Assembly: GCA_036172245.1 (NCBI GenBank)
Contig: JAYWIR010000002.1
Location: 1,488,001-1,552,000, forward strand
Length of the DNA: 64,000 bases
Source: Raillietiella orientalis
Taxonomy: Eukaryota
Direction: 5' to 3'
Below are positions 1-13,944 of the stretch, one piece after another. The translations under genes were made by a program, and so were the position numbers. Position 1 is the stretch's first letter; each line of letters begins with the position of its first letter. Below the pieces are notes generated by a model. It searched no databases, had not been told where the DNA came from, and saw only the letters and a program-made list of their open reading frames with translations.

Positions 1-1202
1 TGGTGTGGCCGGGGAGCGGCCGTCGCTTTCAGGAGCCGGCGAGCGACGGAGCGACCTCCGTCCGTGGACGGTGGATGCCTCGTTCGGCGCCCCGCTTGCT
101 TCTTCCCCTTTTTCTCCCGGGGAGCGGCTCGGCGCAGCTCCGTCGCCGGAGCAAACCTTGGTTCCCTGCAGACGCCTCGTGCCTGCCGCCGCCCTTTTGC
201 TTTCGGGCGGGGCTCGCGCGCTCACCGGCCAAAGTCCCCTCGCCCCCTCCCTGCCCTCCATCGTCTTGGGAGGGGGGGGGGAGAGCTCCGGCACCTTAAG
301 CCCCAGAAGGCTTGGGGAGTTGCTCAGGCAGGCGGAGAGCTTACGAGATGCCCGGACGGGAGCATCCGGCTGCGAGATGGAAGCGGTGGCCTCTGAAAAT
401 GCATCTTCGGGTCCCTCGCACCTCCTCCGCAGCCAGGATCGTGCGCGGGAGCGAACGTAGCCGCACGCGCGTCTGGACCGCGCGTGCGCCGAAGTGCGCG
501 TCCTCCTCCTAGCCTCCCTCGTACGCAGCCCCGTGGCAGAGGAATACGACGACTCCAAGGAGATGAAATAATGACGGCCAGCTTGGTGCTTCTTCCACTT
601 TCGAAACTTGTGGGTAGTGGTCAACCCGGAACACCAATGAAAGTTGAGATTTTTACATGGGCACCGCGAAAAAAAATCAAAAAATAATAAAACAAAATAG
701 AGAAGCTGGTTGCATATTATCATGGCGGGAGAATGTGTGCGTGTGTGAGAGAGAGAGAGCTGTAAATAGCATCGTAAAAATTTTACGGATTTGCATTTTT
801 GGATGTGCATTATTTTCATCGTGTGTGTGTAATCGCAGTTCGCAACAAATGGACATAGAAAAAAACCTCCCACCTGTGCAAGCATCGTATTTCTTATTCC
901 ACAAGGAAATAACAGTTGAACTTGTGTGCACTAACGTGACTCTGTTTAGAAGCAAGAACGGATGCGAATAATTCGATGCGATAATTTGATAGGTGTCTGT
1001 GTTGCGCATAATTTAAAATCTTGAGCATCCGAATTGCCGACTTGTCTGCGAAAAAAAAAGAAAAGGACATGGCTGCAACCGGGGAACAGACTCTGGTGCC
1101 ATTAACGATTTCGACATACCCGACGAGCGCCGTCCTTTGTTCGCTCCCGCTGTCAGGAGATAAAGACAAATATCAGCCTAAAAAAGGAAAAATGTACATC
1201 GT

Positions 1203-1292
1203 CCTTCGATAGCTCAGTTGGTAGAGCGGTGGACTGTAGATTATATCTAAGCGGTTATCCATAGGTCGCTGGTTCAAATCCGGCTCGAAGGA
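1203..1292 (+). tRNA. tRNA-Tyr: tRNA-Tyr (GTA anticodon) with 17-nt intron (1240-1256)
   Basis: CCTTCGATAGCTCAGTTGGTAGAGCGGTGGACTGTAG-[attatatctaagcggtt]-ATCCATAGGTCGCTGGTTCAAATCCGGCTCGAAGGA. The acceptor stem, A and B boxes and intron position after nt 37 are those of the canonical metazoan tRNA-Tyr. Confidence 0.97.
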
Positions 1293-1295
1293 GAC

Positions 1296-1300
1296 TTTTT
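1296..1300 (+). terminator. RNA polymerase III T-run terminator
   Basis: TTTTT 3 nt after the tRNA discriminator base. Confidence 0.75.
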
Positions 1301-2642
1301 CTCGGCGAGCTCCGCGCGCTCCCCCACAGCGTTGCTTTTTTTTTTTTTTTTTTTTTTCCACGCGGCCTCGGGCCGCGCACGAGGAACGCAGAACGAGAGA
1401 GAGGAAAGAACGCGGCGGAATGGGATCGACGACAGAAACACCAGCACCAATCGATCTTTGCTGCTCCATCCGTCTTCCCTCCGAACCAGCAATCTGAGGG
1501 ACGCGGAGATGCGCGGGGATTCCATTAGCCGCTTTTCCAAAATTAGTGCGATCCTTGGACCACGACGATGTGCGTGTGATTGATGAAATCGTTAGGAAAT
1601 GCTGACTCCTTGTGGTGGACCAAAGCAATCGAGACGCTCGTCCTCGCCGGATCCCTGGCGGGGTCCCCGACGGAACACCGTGGCGACACCGCAGCAACGC
1701 CAACTTCTCTTGGACGTCCTCGCCTCGGTTCCTCCGATCGCTGCCCACTGTACTAGGGCCCATTCGCCGAATACAAAGTAGTACAATGAGCACACGCACG
1801 GGAGCATCGGGAGAAGATGCGTGTGTCACTGCGGCGGTGATCGATTGGCAATTCCGGTGTGAAAAGGAAGGGGGGAGGGGGGGAGGCTTCATTCACAATT
1901 TGACAAAATCCTTTTGAAACTTTCGGACGGATCCTTTCACAAACACGATGTGTAAATGCGATGGTCCCGACTCTTGTTTACGGTCTCCTCTCCAGAGAAA
2001 GTGTTTTCAGATTCACCGGTCGAATTCTCGCAGCTCGTCAAACAACAAAGTGAGCCCAGTGACGAAAAAATCAATCTCCGAAATTCCCATCCCTCGTATG
2101 GAAACCCATCAGGGATCGGTGCCCGATGTTAAGATCCAGGACGGTCCCAGAAACCTCCATTTCTGCCAACAATGCCGGCACCAGGGAAAGTGGCTTCGCT
2201 TGCTTTCAAGGGATCCGGTGGCAAAAGGGTTCCCGGGACTTGAACAGGGCAGACAAGTTTTCATTATCTGACCACCGAAGAGAGGTTAATTATCTCGGCT
2301 ATCGTTGGTCCCTTTTGTGAAAACGAAAAATGCGTTGCACAACGCCTCACGGGCAAAACATCCGAAGATTGTGATCCTCACGAGGGTGGGGAAGGTGACT
2401 TCACTTAGCGCACACCAGAGGGTTGCAGAATATTGCCAAGTATAGGGTTGCACGATTTGCAGGCAAGGTCGATCCGGATATTAGTCCGTTTCACTTCTTC
2501 ACCTCAACGGGGTTGAAGTGGACAAAACGTGCGTGGGATGATCGCATTTGAACTCTGCAGGCTTGGCGACGAGTGAAAGGCACAGGGAAAGTCACTGATG
2601 GAAATACGGCGTGCGGTAGGAAAAACTGGGACTTTCGGGCAG

Positions 2643-3295
2643 TCACGTCTCCTGCTCGACCTGTCGCGTTCAGCCTCATCCCGCGTTTCCGCAACGCGGG
2701 CGAGGAAGCGCAGCAGCGACGACAACGCGCAACGCACGCACGCACCCGAGGGCGGAGGCCTGCGCACCGGCGCTGGAAGCCCCCCCCCCCGCCCCATCCC
2801 GAAGTTTCTGTGGTCAGACGCCATCAACCACGCGCTGCCCGTGTCGAGCCGTCCGCCCGTGTGGCACGGGGTGCGGGGAGTTGCGCGGGAGTCTCGTGAC
2901 GGCAGGGGCGGCTGTGTGCTGTGGATGTGGACCGCGTGGCGCAACAGTCGCCGCGGAACTCCACGTGGTTGCCAACGAAGCGCAACAGCGGCTGGCGCGC
3001 TCGAACGGGGGAGCAGGGGCTTTAGGTGGCCACCGGAGCAGGCGCGATTCGCCTCCGTCCCGAGAAGCGTGTCGGCGCATGCGCGGAAGGAATCCGTTGG
3101 GGAAGTAGGCGGCCAGCCCTCCCGCGTTCCCGGAGTTCGTGCGTCCGTGAGTGCCCCTGGCGTAATCCGATTTTATGAGCATGCGTTCCCGTACACAAGG
3201 AAGGCCGTCTTGAGGGAAGCGCACGGTCGTCTCGGGAATCTGGTTTCGGGAAAAGACCCGGCGCGGGTGGTTTTCTGAAAGAAGGAAAGCATCCC
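2643..3295 (+). repeat. ~650-bp duplicated segment, copy 1 (probable donor)
   Basis: Near-identical to 7474-8123. Visible differences are a 3-bp CAG indel and two substitutions. No flanking direct repeat is seen around this copy. Confidence 0.95.
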
Positions 3296-6200
3296 GGAAA
3301 CACAGGGGCGCTTGGATGGACAGATGAAATCCGTCCCGGAAGGTGGACGTCTCCTCTGCGAGTTTCTTCATCCTAGAGGGAGACAGAGGGAGCTGGAAAA
3401 TTGTCCGAGGGCGGCATTTTGTACCTTTTCCGGAAGTGAAATGGCGGGTGGGTGGATGGGCGGTCAGTAGGAAGGAGAGAAGAGTGGAGAAAGCGAAAGG
3501 AGACGGCTCGAGAGGCAGAAGAGCTTGGGTTGCTCCGAAGAAGGGAAAAGGAGGCGAGTCAAGACAGGACGCAGGGTCGGTCTTACGGGTATCTAGACTG
3601 ATTGAGAGTGGGATGAATGAGGGGAAGTCAGCGCTACAGGCACACATCTCCGCGGCATTCTTCCGAGTCTCGGAGAGCCCCCCCGTCTGGAGTCCCGTAA
3701 GGCTCTATCTGTGTTCAGTCGAGAGGAGGGAGTGAATGCTGTCTGGAAGGGTTGTGAAGCTCCGCTGCATCGGCGGTTGCATGCTCGTGTGGCAGTGCCT
3801 TGTCGGGCGCTCGTTTAAAGGACCGGAAGCGTCTCGAAAAACAGTTCAGTGCTCCTCGGCACCCTCTTCCTGAGTCATCCCGCAGGCTAGGGCGAATGCG
3901 CGTTTCCTATACCACCCCGCTCCTTCCTCCCTCTATCCTTTGTCGCATCTTCTTTGTTTCCTTTGTCTGTCTCCCTCCTCCCTACCAGGACCACGCAGTG
4001 CTGCCCCTTGCACGTGCTCCCGCGACCGCCCCACGACGCCCCGCTGGCATCGGGCGAAAGACGCGTTTCTCAAGGAGGCCGTTAGTGGTTTACGATTCTG
4101 CGCGCGAGAGCCACATCCGTGGCCTCCAAGGTCGCGCAGCTGATCCACCCGCAACGGGGCTCGCCGCGTTTCGTAGTGCTTTCTTCCCCCTCTCCCCTTT
4201 CTCTACCCTTTCAGAGGATCCTTCTGGATTTCCAGGAAGGAAGCGAGAATAGCGAATGTGCTGTTTCTCCGCGGCGACCCGTCCTTTCCAGAGGAAGTTG
4301 GATCCTGGGAGAATTTCGCTTCTCTTTCGGACCTTGGAGAGCTCCAAGGAAAGAGAAGACATGGGATGCAGATTTGTTCCGGGGGACCAAGGGAGGTGGA
4401 GGTGGAGGGTAGAAGGCGCTTAAAGCCGCCACGTGCACCTGCCACCTCTCTCCTCCTTCCATCCAGCCAACGGGGGAGGATCGCGCCTTCCGGCACCCGT
4501 CGCTTCTGAGGAGCGGGAGTGAGAAGAGGGGCCAGCGCGCAAGAGGTCGTGACGGCAGCTCACGTTCCAAATTCCCATCCTTCCCCTCCCTCTGTCGGAG
4601 ACGTTGCGGCGATTACCAGGGGACAGGAGTGGTGGCGAAGAGGCTGCTGCAGCCAAGCACACGGGACCTCGGTGGAAGGTCAAAGGAGGCCGGTCTCGAT
4701 GGCATGGCGAGATGTCGGGGTCATGGGAGAAGACTTCAAGACGGACCAGCTGTGACTCTCGTCCGGAAAGTGCCCCTCTTCAGAGCACGGGATGTCCTCC
4801 TTCGGGAGGCAAGGCGCACGCTCCAAGTCCTTCCTTCCTTCCTTCCTCGCCCCGTCACACCTTCAGTGTGGCTTTCGCATGCGATCCCGAAAGAAGGGAT
4901 GAGGGACCTTGCGAGCAGGGGAAGAGGGGCGTGGCTGAACGGGAGTGATTTATTTACTGCCTCCACCACCATCTCCTTCCCCAACGTTACACTCCGCGGC
5001 CGATGGTGGGAAAGAGGGAAGCAGCCATTCCCGGAAGAGAGCTTCAGGATGTTTCTTGGGTCTGGAGGATGAGGAGGAAGGGGAGGAACCCTATGAAGTG
5101 AGGGCCCAATCCCGGAAGTGAGGGAAGGTAGTGGGTGGGACTTCCCTCGGGAAAGGGGGAGGAGGGAGAGATTTTTTCTTCTTTTGGCGGCTCCCGAGAA
5201 GGCGCGTCGGTGTATCCCCCTCCTCTCTCTTCCCCTCCTGCGGTTCCCTCTCTCGTCCGCGCACGCGAGTGCTAGCGTTCCATCTCGTCCCCTTCACCTT
5301 CCCTGATGGTGCCGTCGTCCAGGATCCACCCGCGCGAGTGGGGAGACAAGGAAAAGCCTTTGCGCAGCGACGGCGATGGAAAAGAGATGACTCCGCGGCC
5401 GCAGTCGCGCCACTCAACTGGCGGGTAGCTGCGATGCTGAGGCTTCACATGGGGTGACCCGCCCTTCTGGCGTCTTTGGGAAAAGGAGGAAGGAGGGGAT
5501 GTTGACTCCCACCGCCTCCGCTCCCGTCTCGACATCTAGACGTCTTCCACTCCCACCGGGTCGGCGGATTGCGATTTGCGAACGGCGATGGGGGATAGGA
5601 GCCTCTGGGGAAGGGGCGAAGCTAGGTGTTCCTCTCCCCATCGGCCTTCCCTGAGGCGAATGACCCAGAGTGAAGGAAGATGCGGGCTCCTTAGCCCAAC
5701 AGCAAGCCTGCTGTTGTTTGTTGCCGACAGCTTCGCCTCAGGACCTCTTCCCCTCCTTCCTGTCCCCTCTCCTTCCATCGTGCCCCCTTTTCCCTTTCGT
5801 ACCTTACAGGTCTCGTCGGGCTTCGGGAAAAGTCAGAATGAAAACTTCCCTCTCCTTCCATCCACCCACCCCACCTTCAATCTCGGGAAAACCCTGGAAC
5901 GCAAGGAGCGCCTAATCGTGTAAAGACGGGAGACCCTTCGGGAGTGGGGAGGGTGGGAGAGACCACTGCTCAACGTCTTTCGGCTTTCCCGGTTCCTGGT
6001 CACCGCGAGACCTGTTCGCTCACCATCCGGAGAGTGTCTTGAGGAAATCCCTGGGGGGAGGAGAGGGAGGTCACTGCGAGGACCCTTCGCTGAGGGTGAG
6101 GGTGAGCGGGATGAGCGAAGGGAAAAAGAAAAGCAAGGGGTTAAGGCGGGGAGGACCGTTCCTCCCCCCCCCCCCACAACCCCTTGCTTGCGGTGAAGAT

Positions 6201-7457
6201 CCCAGGGAACCCTTCGGTCCCTTGTTCTCTTCTGCCAAGGGCGGTGGAGAACCGGGAGCAGAGGGGAAAAAAAGACGAGTCTCTTCCGCTCCGAGGTCAC
6301 GTAGAGGGAGAGTCCCTTCGCGTGGACCGCATAGCCAACATACGGGACAGGAGATCGCCTGCGTGCTGTCGATTCTTCTTCCTGAAGATTCCATTCCTTT
6401 CCAACCCCGTTGGTCTTGAAATCCTTCAAGACCGACGGGGAATGGAAAGATTTCGGAGGGAGGTGTTTTGCTAGCCCTTTCTCCCCCCGAAGAGCTCCCG
6501 GAGGGCGTCAGAATGAGAAGGGGGAAAAGTGCGGAGGTATGACGTGGGCGTCGGAAGGTCACACGTTTTATCATTCCTCCTGGGAGCGATACGCTCCCTC
6601 GGGAAACAACCGGCCATCCTGCGGATCCGCCTCCTCTCTTAAGTGCGCTTTCACTGGTGGCTCCCAGCCTCGCGGGCGGGCCGCGCCCTCTCGCAGTGAG
6701 ACTGCCTGTCCCCCTCCCTCCCACGGCCCAGTCCTTTCCTTCCAGGAGGAAGACATCACTCTAGGGTGGCCTGCAGGGGATTGGGGACGGAGAAAAGAAA
6801 AGATGCAGAAAGGATCTCGTATCAGCCTAGGGGCAAAGGAGGGGGTGTGTGATGGGAAACGGGAGGACATTCGACGTGGCCCAGTGCTTCTGCATTTGCA
6901 GATTCCTGGGGAAGAAGAAGAGGCTCGAAAGGAGGAGGAGGAGCCAAGCCGGACTTCGCCACTGCGCGTGACGGGCGGCAGCGCTGACCTCTCATTCACG
7001 CTCCGGGATTCCTGCAACCTGAGCATGCCGGGCGCCCCCTACAGCACTCTCGGATCCCCCGACCCCACACCCTTCAGTTTTCCCGGACTCCAGTCCGAGA
7101 GTTCTGGAAGGAAGGCGGCGGGCGATCACGCACATCGGGGGCCACGTAGGGTATGCCGGCTCCAGACCTCCGCCGCATTCATCAGCTGGCACGCCTTTCC
7201 TCGCAGGGGTTTCCAGGTTCCCGCGTCCTTCCCGGGCGTCGGTGGTCACGGGTCGCTGCACGCGGGAGGATGAGGATGAGGAGGAGCGAGGCTCCCTCGC
7301 CTGGTAGCACGCCCCAAGCCACGGGGCGCATCTTCCTCGGGACGCGAACGCCGCGCGACCCCGTGGACCAAGTTCACACTCTACCTCTCGACGGATGGGT
7401 ATCCGTCCGTCTCGGGCGACGGGGAGCTGCGGCGCTTGCGATGGGAACAGTCAGGAA

Positions 7458-8138
7458 GATCTGGGACAGGACCTCGCGTCTCCTGCTCGACCTGTCGCGT
7501 TCAGCCTCATCCCGCGTTTCCGCAACGCGGGCGAGGAAGCGCAGCGACGACAACGCGCAACGCACGCACGCACCCGAGGGCGGAGGCCTGCGCACCGGCG
7601 CTGGAAGCCCCCCCCCCCGCCCCATCCCGAAGTTTCTGTGGTCAGACGCCATCAACCACGCGCTGCCCGTGTCGAGCCGTCCGCCCGTGTGGCACGGGGT
7701 GCGGGGAGTTGCGCGGGAGTCTCGTGACGGCAGGGGCGGCTGTGTGCTGTGGATGTGGACCGCGCGGCGCAACAGTCGCCGCGGAACTCCACGTGGTTGC
7801 CAACGAAGCGCAACAGCGGCTGGCGCGCTCGAACGGGGGAGCAGGGGCTTTAGGTGGCCACCGGAGCAGGCGCGATTCGCCTCCGTCCCGAGAAGCGTGT
7901 CGGCGCATGCGCGGAAGGAATCCGTTGGGGAAGTAGGCGGCCAGCCCTCCCGCGTTCCCGGAGTTCGTGCGTCCGTGAGTGCCCCTGGCGTAATCCGATT
8001 TTATGAGCATGCGTTCCCGTACACAAGGAAGGCCGTCTTGAGGGAAGCGCACGGTCGTCTCGGGAATCTGGTTTCGGGAAAAGACCCGGCGCGGGTGGTT
8101 TTCTGAAAGAAGGAAAGCATCCCTGATCTGGGACAGGA
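7458..8138 (+). repeat. ~650-bp duplicated segment, copy 2, flanked by a 14-bp target-site-like duplication
   Basis: GATCTGGGACAGGA at 7458-7471 and 8125-8138 brackets the copy of 2643-3295. Confidence 0.92.
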
Positions 8139-11089
8139 GACTGTTCTTTGCGTGGTACCCGAAGCGCTCACTCTACTCCTTTTGTGCATCAAGCGATTTA
8201 TGTCAATGGGGGGCTGCGATTAGCTTGATTAAGAGGGCAGGCGGCAGCCACCCTGGTTCGTGGAGCCGGTGCAGGGCACTTTTTATTTCTTTGATTTGCA
8301 AGTGTTGGAATTACCGGAATGGCTGGGGAAGGTGATGTCAAGGAAGGCACATGCGGCACGCTTCATACCGAGGGGCGGAGGAGACGCTTCATGACGTACG
8401 GAAACGGACGTTTATCGTCTCTCCCAGTCTTCAGTCTCCCTTCACGAGCCTTCTTTGACGCCTCCGCCGGTCTCAATTACAGAGTCTTTGAATTATCCTA
8501 ATCCTCCGTGTATGGTTGGCGGACTAAAGAAGATTTGGGGCCTCCGTTGTAGCACCCACGGATTGTGCTTGGGGGGGCCACGTTCCATATCTGTTATTTC
8601 GAGTCCTCTGATCCTTATTTTTTTTTCCTTTTCTTTCTGCGTGCGTGTTTTTCTCTCCTATTTCCATGCTGAAGCACAGCGAAGCGGATGAAAGAAAGTA
8701 CGAGATGAAGGGACATCTCACGTGCTTGACGCAAGTTGCGAGGTCCTGGTGCATGGCCGCTGGCTGGGGAGGGGAGGACCCAACGGGTGTCAACAGTCTG
8801 CGCGTGCGTTTCGCAGGACTGCTCGGTGATGTTTTGACAAAGTCTGGGAATGAACTGCGGGCGGGAAATTAGGGTGCAGGAACACACGCGCGCGAAGGAG
8901 AATGTGCCTGGAATGTGCCCTTTCCGTCCGGGGTGCGGTCCTTCCCACGCGCATGGCGGGGTTGTCTTCGCAGGCATCCTCGCCACCCGACCGCCTTCCC
9001 TCTTTTCTACGCGCGTACACCTCGCACGGAGTGGTGCGGCAGATCCACCTGCCTCTTTCGTCGAGCGCTTTGATCTTCCGGGGAGGTCCCCGCTTCCCCT
9101 GGCCGGCTCTCCGAGCGATCCGCGCGGCGGACCGGACCGCGGTTGTTCCTCCGCGCTCCCAACGCGGAGCCCGGAGCAGAAGCGTCCACTTTTTCACTCG
9201 AAAAAAGACCTGCACAGCCTCCTCACTCGGTCCAGAGTATTCCGGAAACGAACGATCTGGCAGTCGCAGCCCGAGGCTGGCTGCTCTGTCGATCTGCCTC
9301 TGCGATGCTGCAGGCTCCTGCGGCATGGCGGGAAACCTGACAAGGGAGAGAGGGCTTGCGTGATCCCCGGCTAACGGAAGCGGCCACCTTTCGTGTCGAT
9401 CGGTGGGCGGAATCCTTTCTCTGGCCAGGAGAGGCGTCTGGCAGAGGCGGGGCTGTGCCTTCGTCGTGCGCACGTCGAGGAACGAGGCTTCCTCTCATCC
9501 GGGGCGTCCGGGTCGCCGGCGACAGGCCTGCGAGCAAATTTCACAAAGGAGGAGGAGGAGAAGGAGGCCACGGGAAGCGGGTTTCAGAAGGAGTCTGTCC
9601 CGAGCTGATGACGAAGGAAGCTCTTCCAGAGGAGGCTGCGGCGCCAGAGAGAAGCGGCTGCTGCAGCAACGCACGATAGAGAGTAGTTCGTGCATTCCCT
9701 GATGAGGCCCCCGGGAGAATCTCGAGCGGAGGGGCTTTTCCGAGTGAAACCTTGGTAGTGGTCGGCGCGACGACTGCCGACTGGGAGGAGCGGGGCACGT
9801 CTCGTCTCCGGCACTCGAGACTTTCCTGCTAGGCACATCCGAGATTCATCCCGGGTTCGTATCCCTCGAGAATCTTGAGGCTCTGGATCGGAGGAAGGTC
9901 TCCACCGAGTTTACTCTTCTTTCCTCAACTTTGCAGTTCCCTCTTTGCCTTGGTACCGATGGCCACGTCTGCTCGTGGAACTCGCAACGGTGCTCAGTGA
10001 GGAGCCTTTCGCCTTCTCCTCCTTACACATCAACACCAGCAGCGTAGTTCACTTCGCCCCAACGGTGTCTTCGCTTCGATCGGAGGAAAGAGGGGGAGGA
10101 GGAGGAGACCCAAGAGAAGCCCCGGTGTGGAGCTAAGGCAGTGAATTTCAAGCAGACGGCAATGAGGGCGTCCCGGGGCGACCCATCGAAACGAAGCCGC
10201 TCCAGCAGGGAGCATCCTGCTCAGGATGCACTGCTGTTAATTTGCAGCTCTGGTTCGCTGGCGCCCCGTTCCTCGGATCCCGGCATGGGCGCGAAAGCGC
10301 TCCATCAGGAAAGGTTTCTTCTGATCCCTCAAGCGGTGCGGTCACCCTCGAGCGTCTGGTGCCGGAGCAGCTTCCCCATGGGAATGCTCCCCTCCTACCT
10401 TTCCCGCCTACCCTTCAGGGGACTCGCTCATGGCTTCGGGGAGAAGGAAGAAGGCAGGAACAGTAAGTGGCGAAACGTCCCCGATGCCTCAGAACTTGAC
10501 ACCCACACGAAGACGCGAACCTCCGGGAGCGCGCCCACGGGGCTTCTTGGGTTTCAGGGGGTACTAGCGAGGGGAGTCCACTCTTTAGACTTCATGACCT
10601 CCCGTACATCCTTTCGTCGACCTCCGGTAACTTCCTCTTGCAAGCATGCGTTTCGAGAAAGAGCACTTCCAGGAGCCCTCTGGTGCGTTACGCAGGTAAG
10701 AGCACCCTGTGCCCGATCAAGGGCTCTCACAGAGAGCCTTCCCCATCCTCCAGGTGCGCCGCCGCCGCAATGGCTGGTGAGATTTAGCTCCTGATACTTG
10801 GCTCAGCTTCAGCAGCAGCAGCAGCAAGAAGAAAGAAGGAAAGCGGATCGAAAAGAGTTGTCACCTGGATACGCCGTAGCGTTCATTTGGTATAAAAAAA
10901 TAAACATTCCCAATTTTTGTCGTAGGACCAGTGGTCCAACCACGCCATTTCAAAGGGAACCTTCCGGTTAGTTGGTACGCAGACCAGTGAGGTTCGCTCC
11001 GGCAGCAGAGGGGAGGGACAAACAAAAATAAAAATAAATAAGCAAACTTGGGAGGGCGCAGGAAGGGACCACGTTCCTCTGTGGGCGGT

Positions 11090-12250
11090 CCTCTTTATCC
11101 TTTCGAGGATGCTAGCAAGTTCACGCTGCATTTGATCCAGATGGATCATCTTGTTGCCATCCATAGGAAGCGGACGGCAGAGTGGATGGTATCCCAGTCG
11201 TTCGGTCCATAGTTCCAGGCCTCCACAATCCCACGTAGGCAGCAGAGAGCTGCTAGAGAGGCTGCAGATCGAAGGACGTCGAGAACGAGTAGGAGTCACA
11301 ATGCGTCCCTGTAGTTGCTGCCTTGGGTCCGTATGGTCGCGGCAAAGCGTTCCGAGAGGGGCCGGAGGACAACACAGTACACAAGGAGGTGCAGGAGGGA
11401 TTCACGTTCCCCGCACCTGACACAGTTTGGGTTCACACACATCCGGGTACAGTGATGCCTGTGGGCGTGGCACGGGAGACCCCAGTGCAACATCATCAAC
11501 GCAGACTCTTGCCACTTTAAAGGGAGGGTGCAGGTATCTAAGAGCACTGGGGGCTACTGCACATCTTCCAGCGGAATTCCGGAAGCTCGCCCCAGACCAG
11601 AATTCCTCGAGATGGGGCACTCGAGGCGGCAGCGTTTGTAAGCCCGTCATCCACTCACGCAGTTCTTTTCTCCTGCCGGAGATCTCTATGGGTACCTACC
11701 ATCTTGCCGGAATGCTGCTGCCCATGTATTCCCTCAGGGAGGACAGCTTTGCGGAAAGGGAGGTTCTTCCTGACCATGCACTCTTCCCGGGAGGTTCAAG
11801 GATCTCCCGGAGCGAGCAGTTCTTATGGAAACAGTACAGCAATCGTTGTGCCTGCTCCAGGCATCGCTCTTGGTTCCTCACCCACCTGAGACGGTTTCCC
11901 GTAACCAGGCACCACAGTTCGCGGGGAGGCAGGAGATCCAGGTGCCGTTCGTTCGTGCTGGTCAGCGTGGTCACGCGCTGGAGCTGCAGTTTACAGTGGG
12001 AGAGACTGCGTCGGCGGCGTGCAAGCAAGGACGCGAGTTCCACGCTTCCGGTGGCTTGCTGGACGAGGAGGCATGCAGGTTCGCACCAGGTGGCTCTCCA
12101 CAACTTCGCCAAGAGGGCAAGTGACCTGAACTGGAGCTGCAGCTGCATCCACTCCAGCGTCAGGAGACCGGAGTCGAAAAAGAGGGGTGTGCGCAAGAAG
12201 AGGAGCTGTTCCGAGGTCCCAAAGCATCCTTGCGGGTGAATTAAAGCAGC
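11090..12250 (-). mobile_element. Decayed non-LTR retrotransposon (L1/Tx1-like) ORF2 C-terminal remnant
   Basis: Minus-strand frames read P..DSGLL.L...ALLAKLWR (post-RT region), LHWGLP...NPNCVRCGERESLLHLLVYC (CCHC zf-RVT-type motif) and WMATR*SIW. The frames are interrupted by stops and frameshifts. Confidence 0.65.
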
Positions 12251-12555
12251 AGAAGGCGAGTGACCGCGCCTGTAACCTGACGAAATCGCCAGTAATGCCT
12301 TCAGGCAAAGCTCCTCGGTTGCGCCGGTCTTTTCAAGAGAATGGGAGGAAGCAGAAAAGCGGGAGCGCCATCCACATGGACCCTTGGCTGGACGCGGAGT
12401 CCTATCGCTACCCGAATGCCTTTCTCTCGCATAGCGTCGTAGTGAACCCATGCTTGGCCAGGAGGTGGCGTGCGGTTCCCTCGCTTACGTGATTCTTGTC
12501 CTGGTGACCACTCGCTGTGTTCGCACTCGTCCTTTACCCAGCAAAACCGTAGGGA

Positions 12556-13944
12556 TTAGACCGGGAAACAGAAAGTCTGGACCACCGTTGTTGATAACCG
12601 GAAACAAAGAAGTCGAAATGATAAGTGCACAATGATTTCCCTCTTCCTTTTTTGTTGGCTGGCCCCATCGCAGGGGCTCCCCAGAAGGCATCCAATTCGC
12701 ATGATGTCTTCACTTGTAGTTGATGGACTGTTTGAGATTGAGAGCCGCGGAGGGGAGGAAAGGTCTAAAGTGGGGAGAAGAAGGAGGGTTGTCTCAGATA
12801 TGTTGATTGATTCCAGGGTCATCCATGGGAGCCTGGTTGAGGTGGGAAGTCTTCCAGATTGGTGATGCTGCTGCCGGAAAAAGGTGGGAGTATTAGGTAC
12901 AGAAGAGGAGCAGGGAGTAAGAGTGTCTCTGTGCACTCGGCGCGGTCCTAGAGCCGTCGGCAGGAGTTCGCAAAGTGGGGTCAGAGTAGGATCTCTATTT
13001 CGGAAATGAATGAAGCAGAAGCAAAGATCATCTGGTCCGGAAGAATCGCTCGTTATCCACACTTCATGGAGGGTCATCATTTGTCTTTGCATCCTTCCTC
13101 GTTATCCGCACCTTCCCTTCTGATCTTCAACCATTCACAGCCTCCGAGAAAGATTCTCTGCTTCCATCACCTCCCCTTTCAGTCTCTCCTTCTAGTTCCA
13201 CTTCCGGAGGAGCCTCAATCTGAGCAGGTTTTCGTGGTTGTTTTTTCTGGCTGAGGATGCTCTGTCTCTCTCGCTTCCCTGTTGACAGTGCGCTCTGATC
13301 CACTGGGCTCTTCAGGGGCAAATTCAAAGCATTCACTTTTCTTGAATCACACGCCTGCAGGTCAAAATTTTCTTTAAGTTTTCTTCTTCTTCTTCTCTGA
13401 TTCAGGTGAGCCTGCAGGTCTGCTAAGACCGAGGGAAGGTCTCGCGCCTCATCTCAGAATGAGAGGAAACGCTGATGCTGCTCACGGGATCTCCCTGTCT
13501 TGATTGCTGGAGCGAGCTTCTCGGTGAAGACATTCGTCTGCTTGATCTTCCGTCACAGAACTGCATTACTTCCCGGCTCAGTTTGAACGAGGGAGAGCAG
13601 AGCGATGGCTGCTTGGCAGACTTCTCCAGACTGATCTCTGGTTTCGCGGAACTCTCTCGGGGATGCATCGGTGGATCGGAAAGCAGATTACCGCTTGACT
13701 CGTACGTGAGGAAAAGATGCTTGCTTCCCTGACGGTTGCAGTGCTGTGAGACTTTCAGACGCCCTCCGTGTGCGCGCCTGTACTCCAACGACTTCTCCGT
13801 GGTCCAGACGAGGAAAGATGCTTCGGAAATCCAAGTCAACTCTAGTCGAGAGGGAAGAAGAACTGCACTTCGGTCTTCATTTAACGTTCTTTGAAGGGGT
13901 CTTCGCCCACCACTTGCTCCGACAAGAAAGAGGCAGCTCTCCAT
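12556..13944 (-). mobile_element. Possible ORF1 remnant of the same LINE
   Basis: Same strand and upstream of the ORF2 remnant. PP...KQPSLCSPSFKLSRE resembles a decayed GQP..C..C...GH knuckle and is followed by Lys-rich and Ser/Pro/Thr-rich low-complexity sequence. Weak similarity only. Confidence 0.3.

Noticed and set aside
13376..13411. Pyrimidine tract + CAG|GTGAG resembling a recursive splice site
   Set aside because: No host intron is demonstrated, and it is equally explained as a (GAA)n Lys-rich stretch of the minus-strand LINE remnant.
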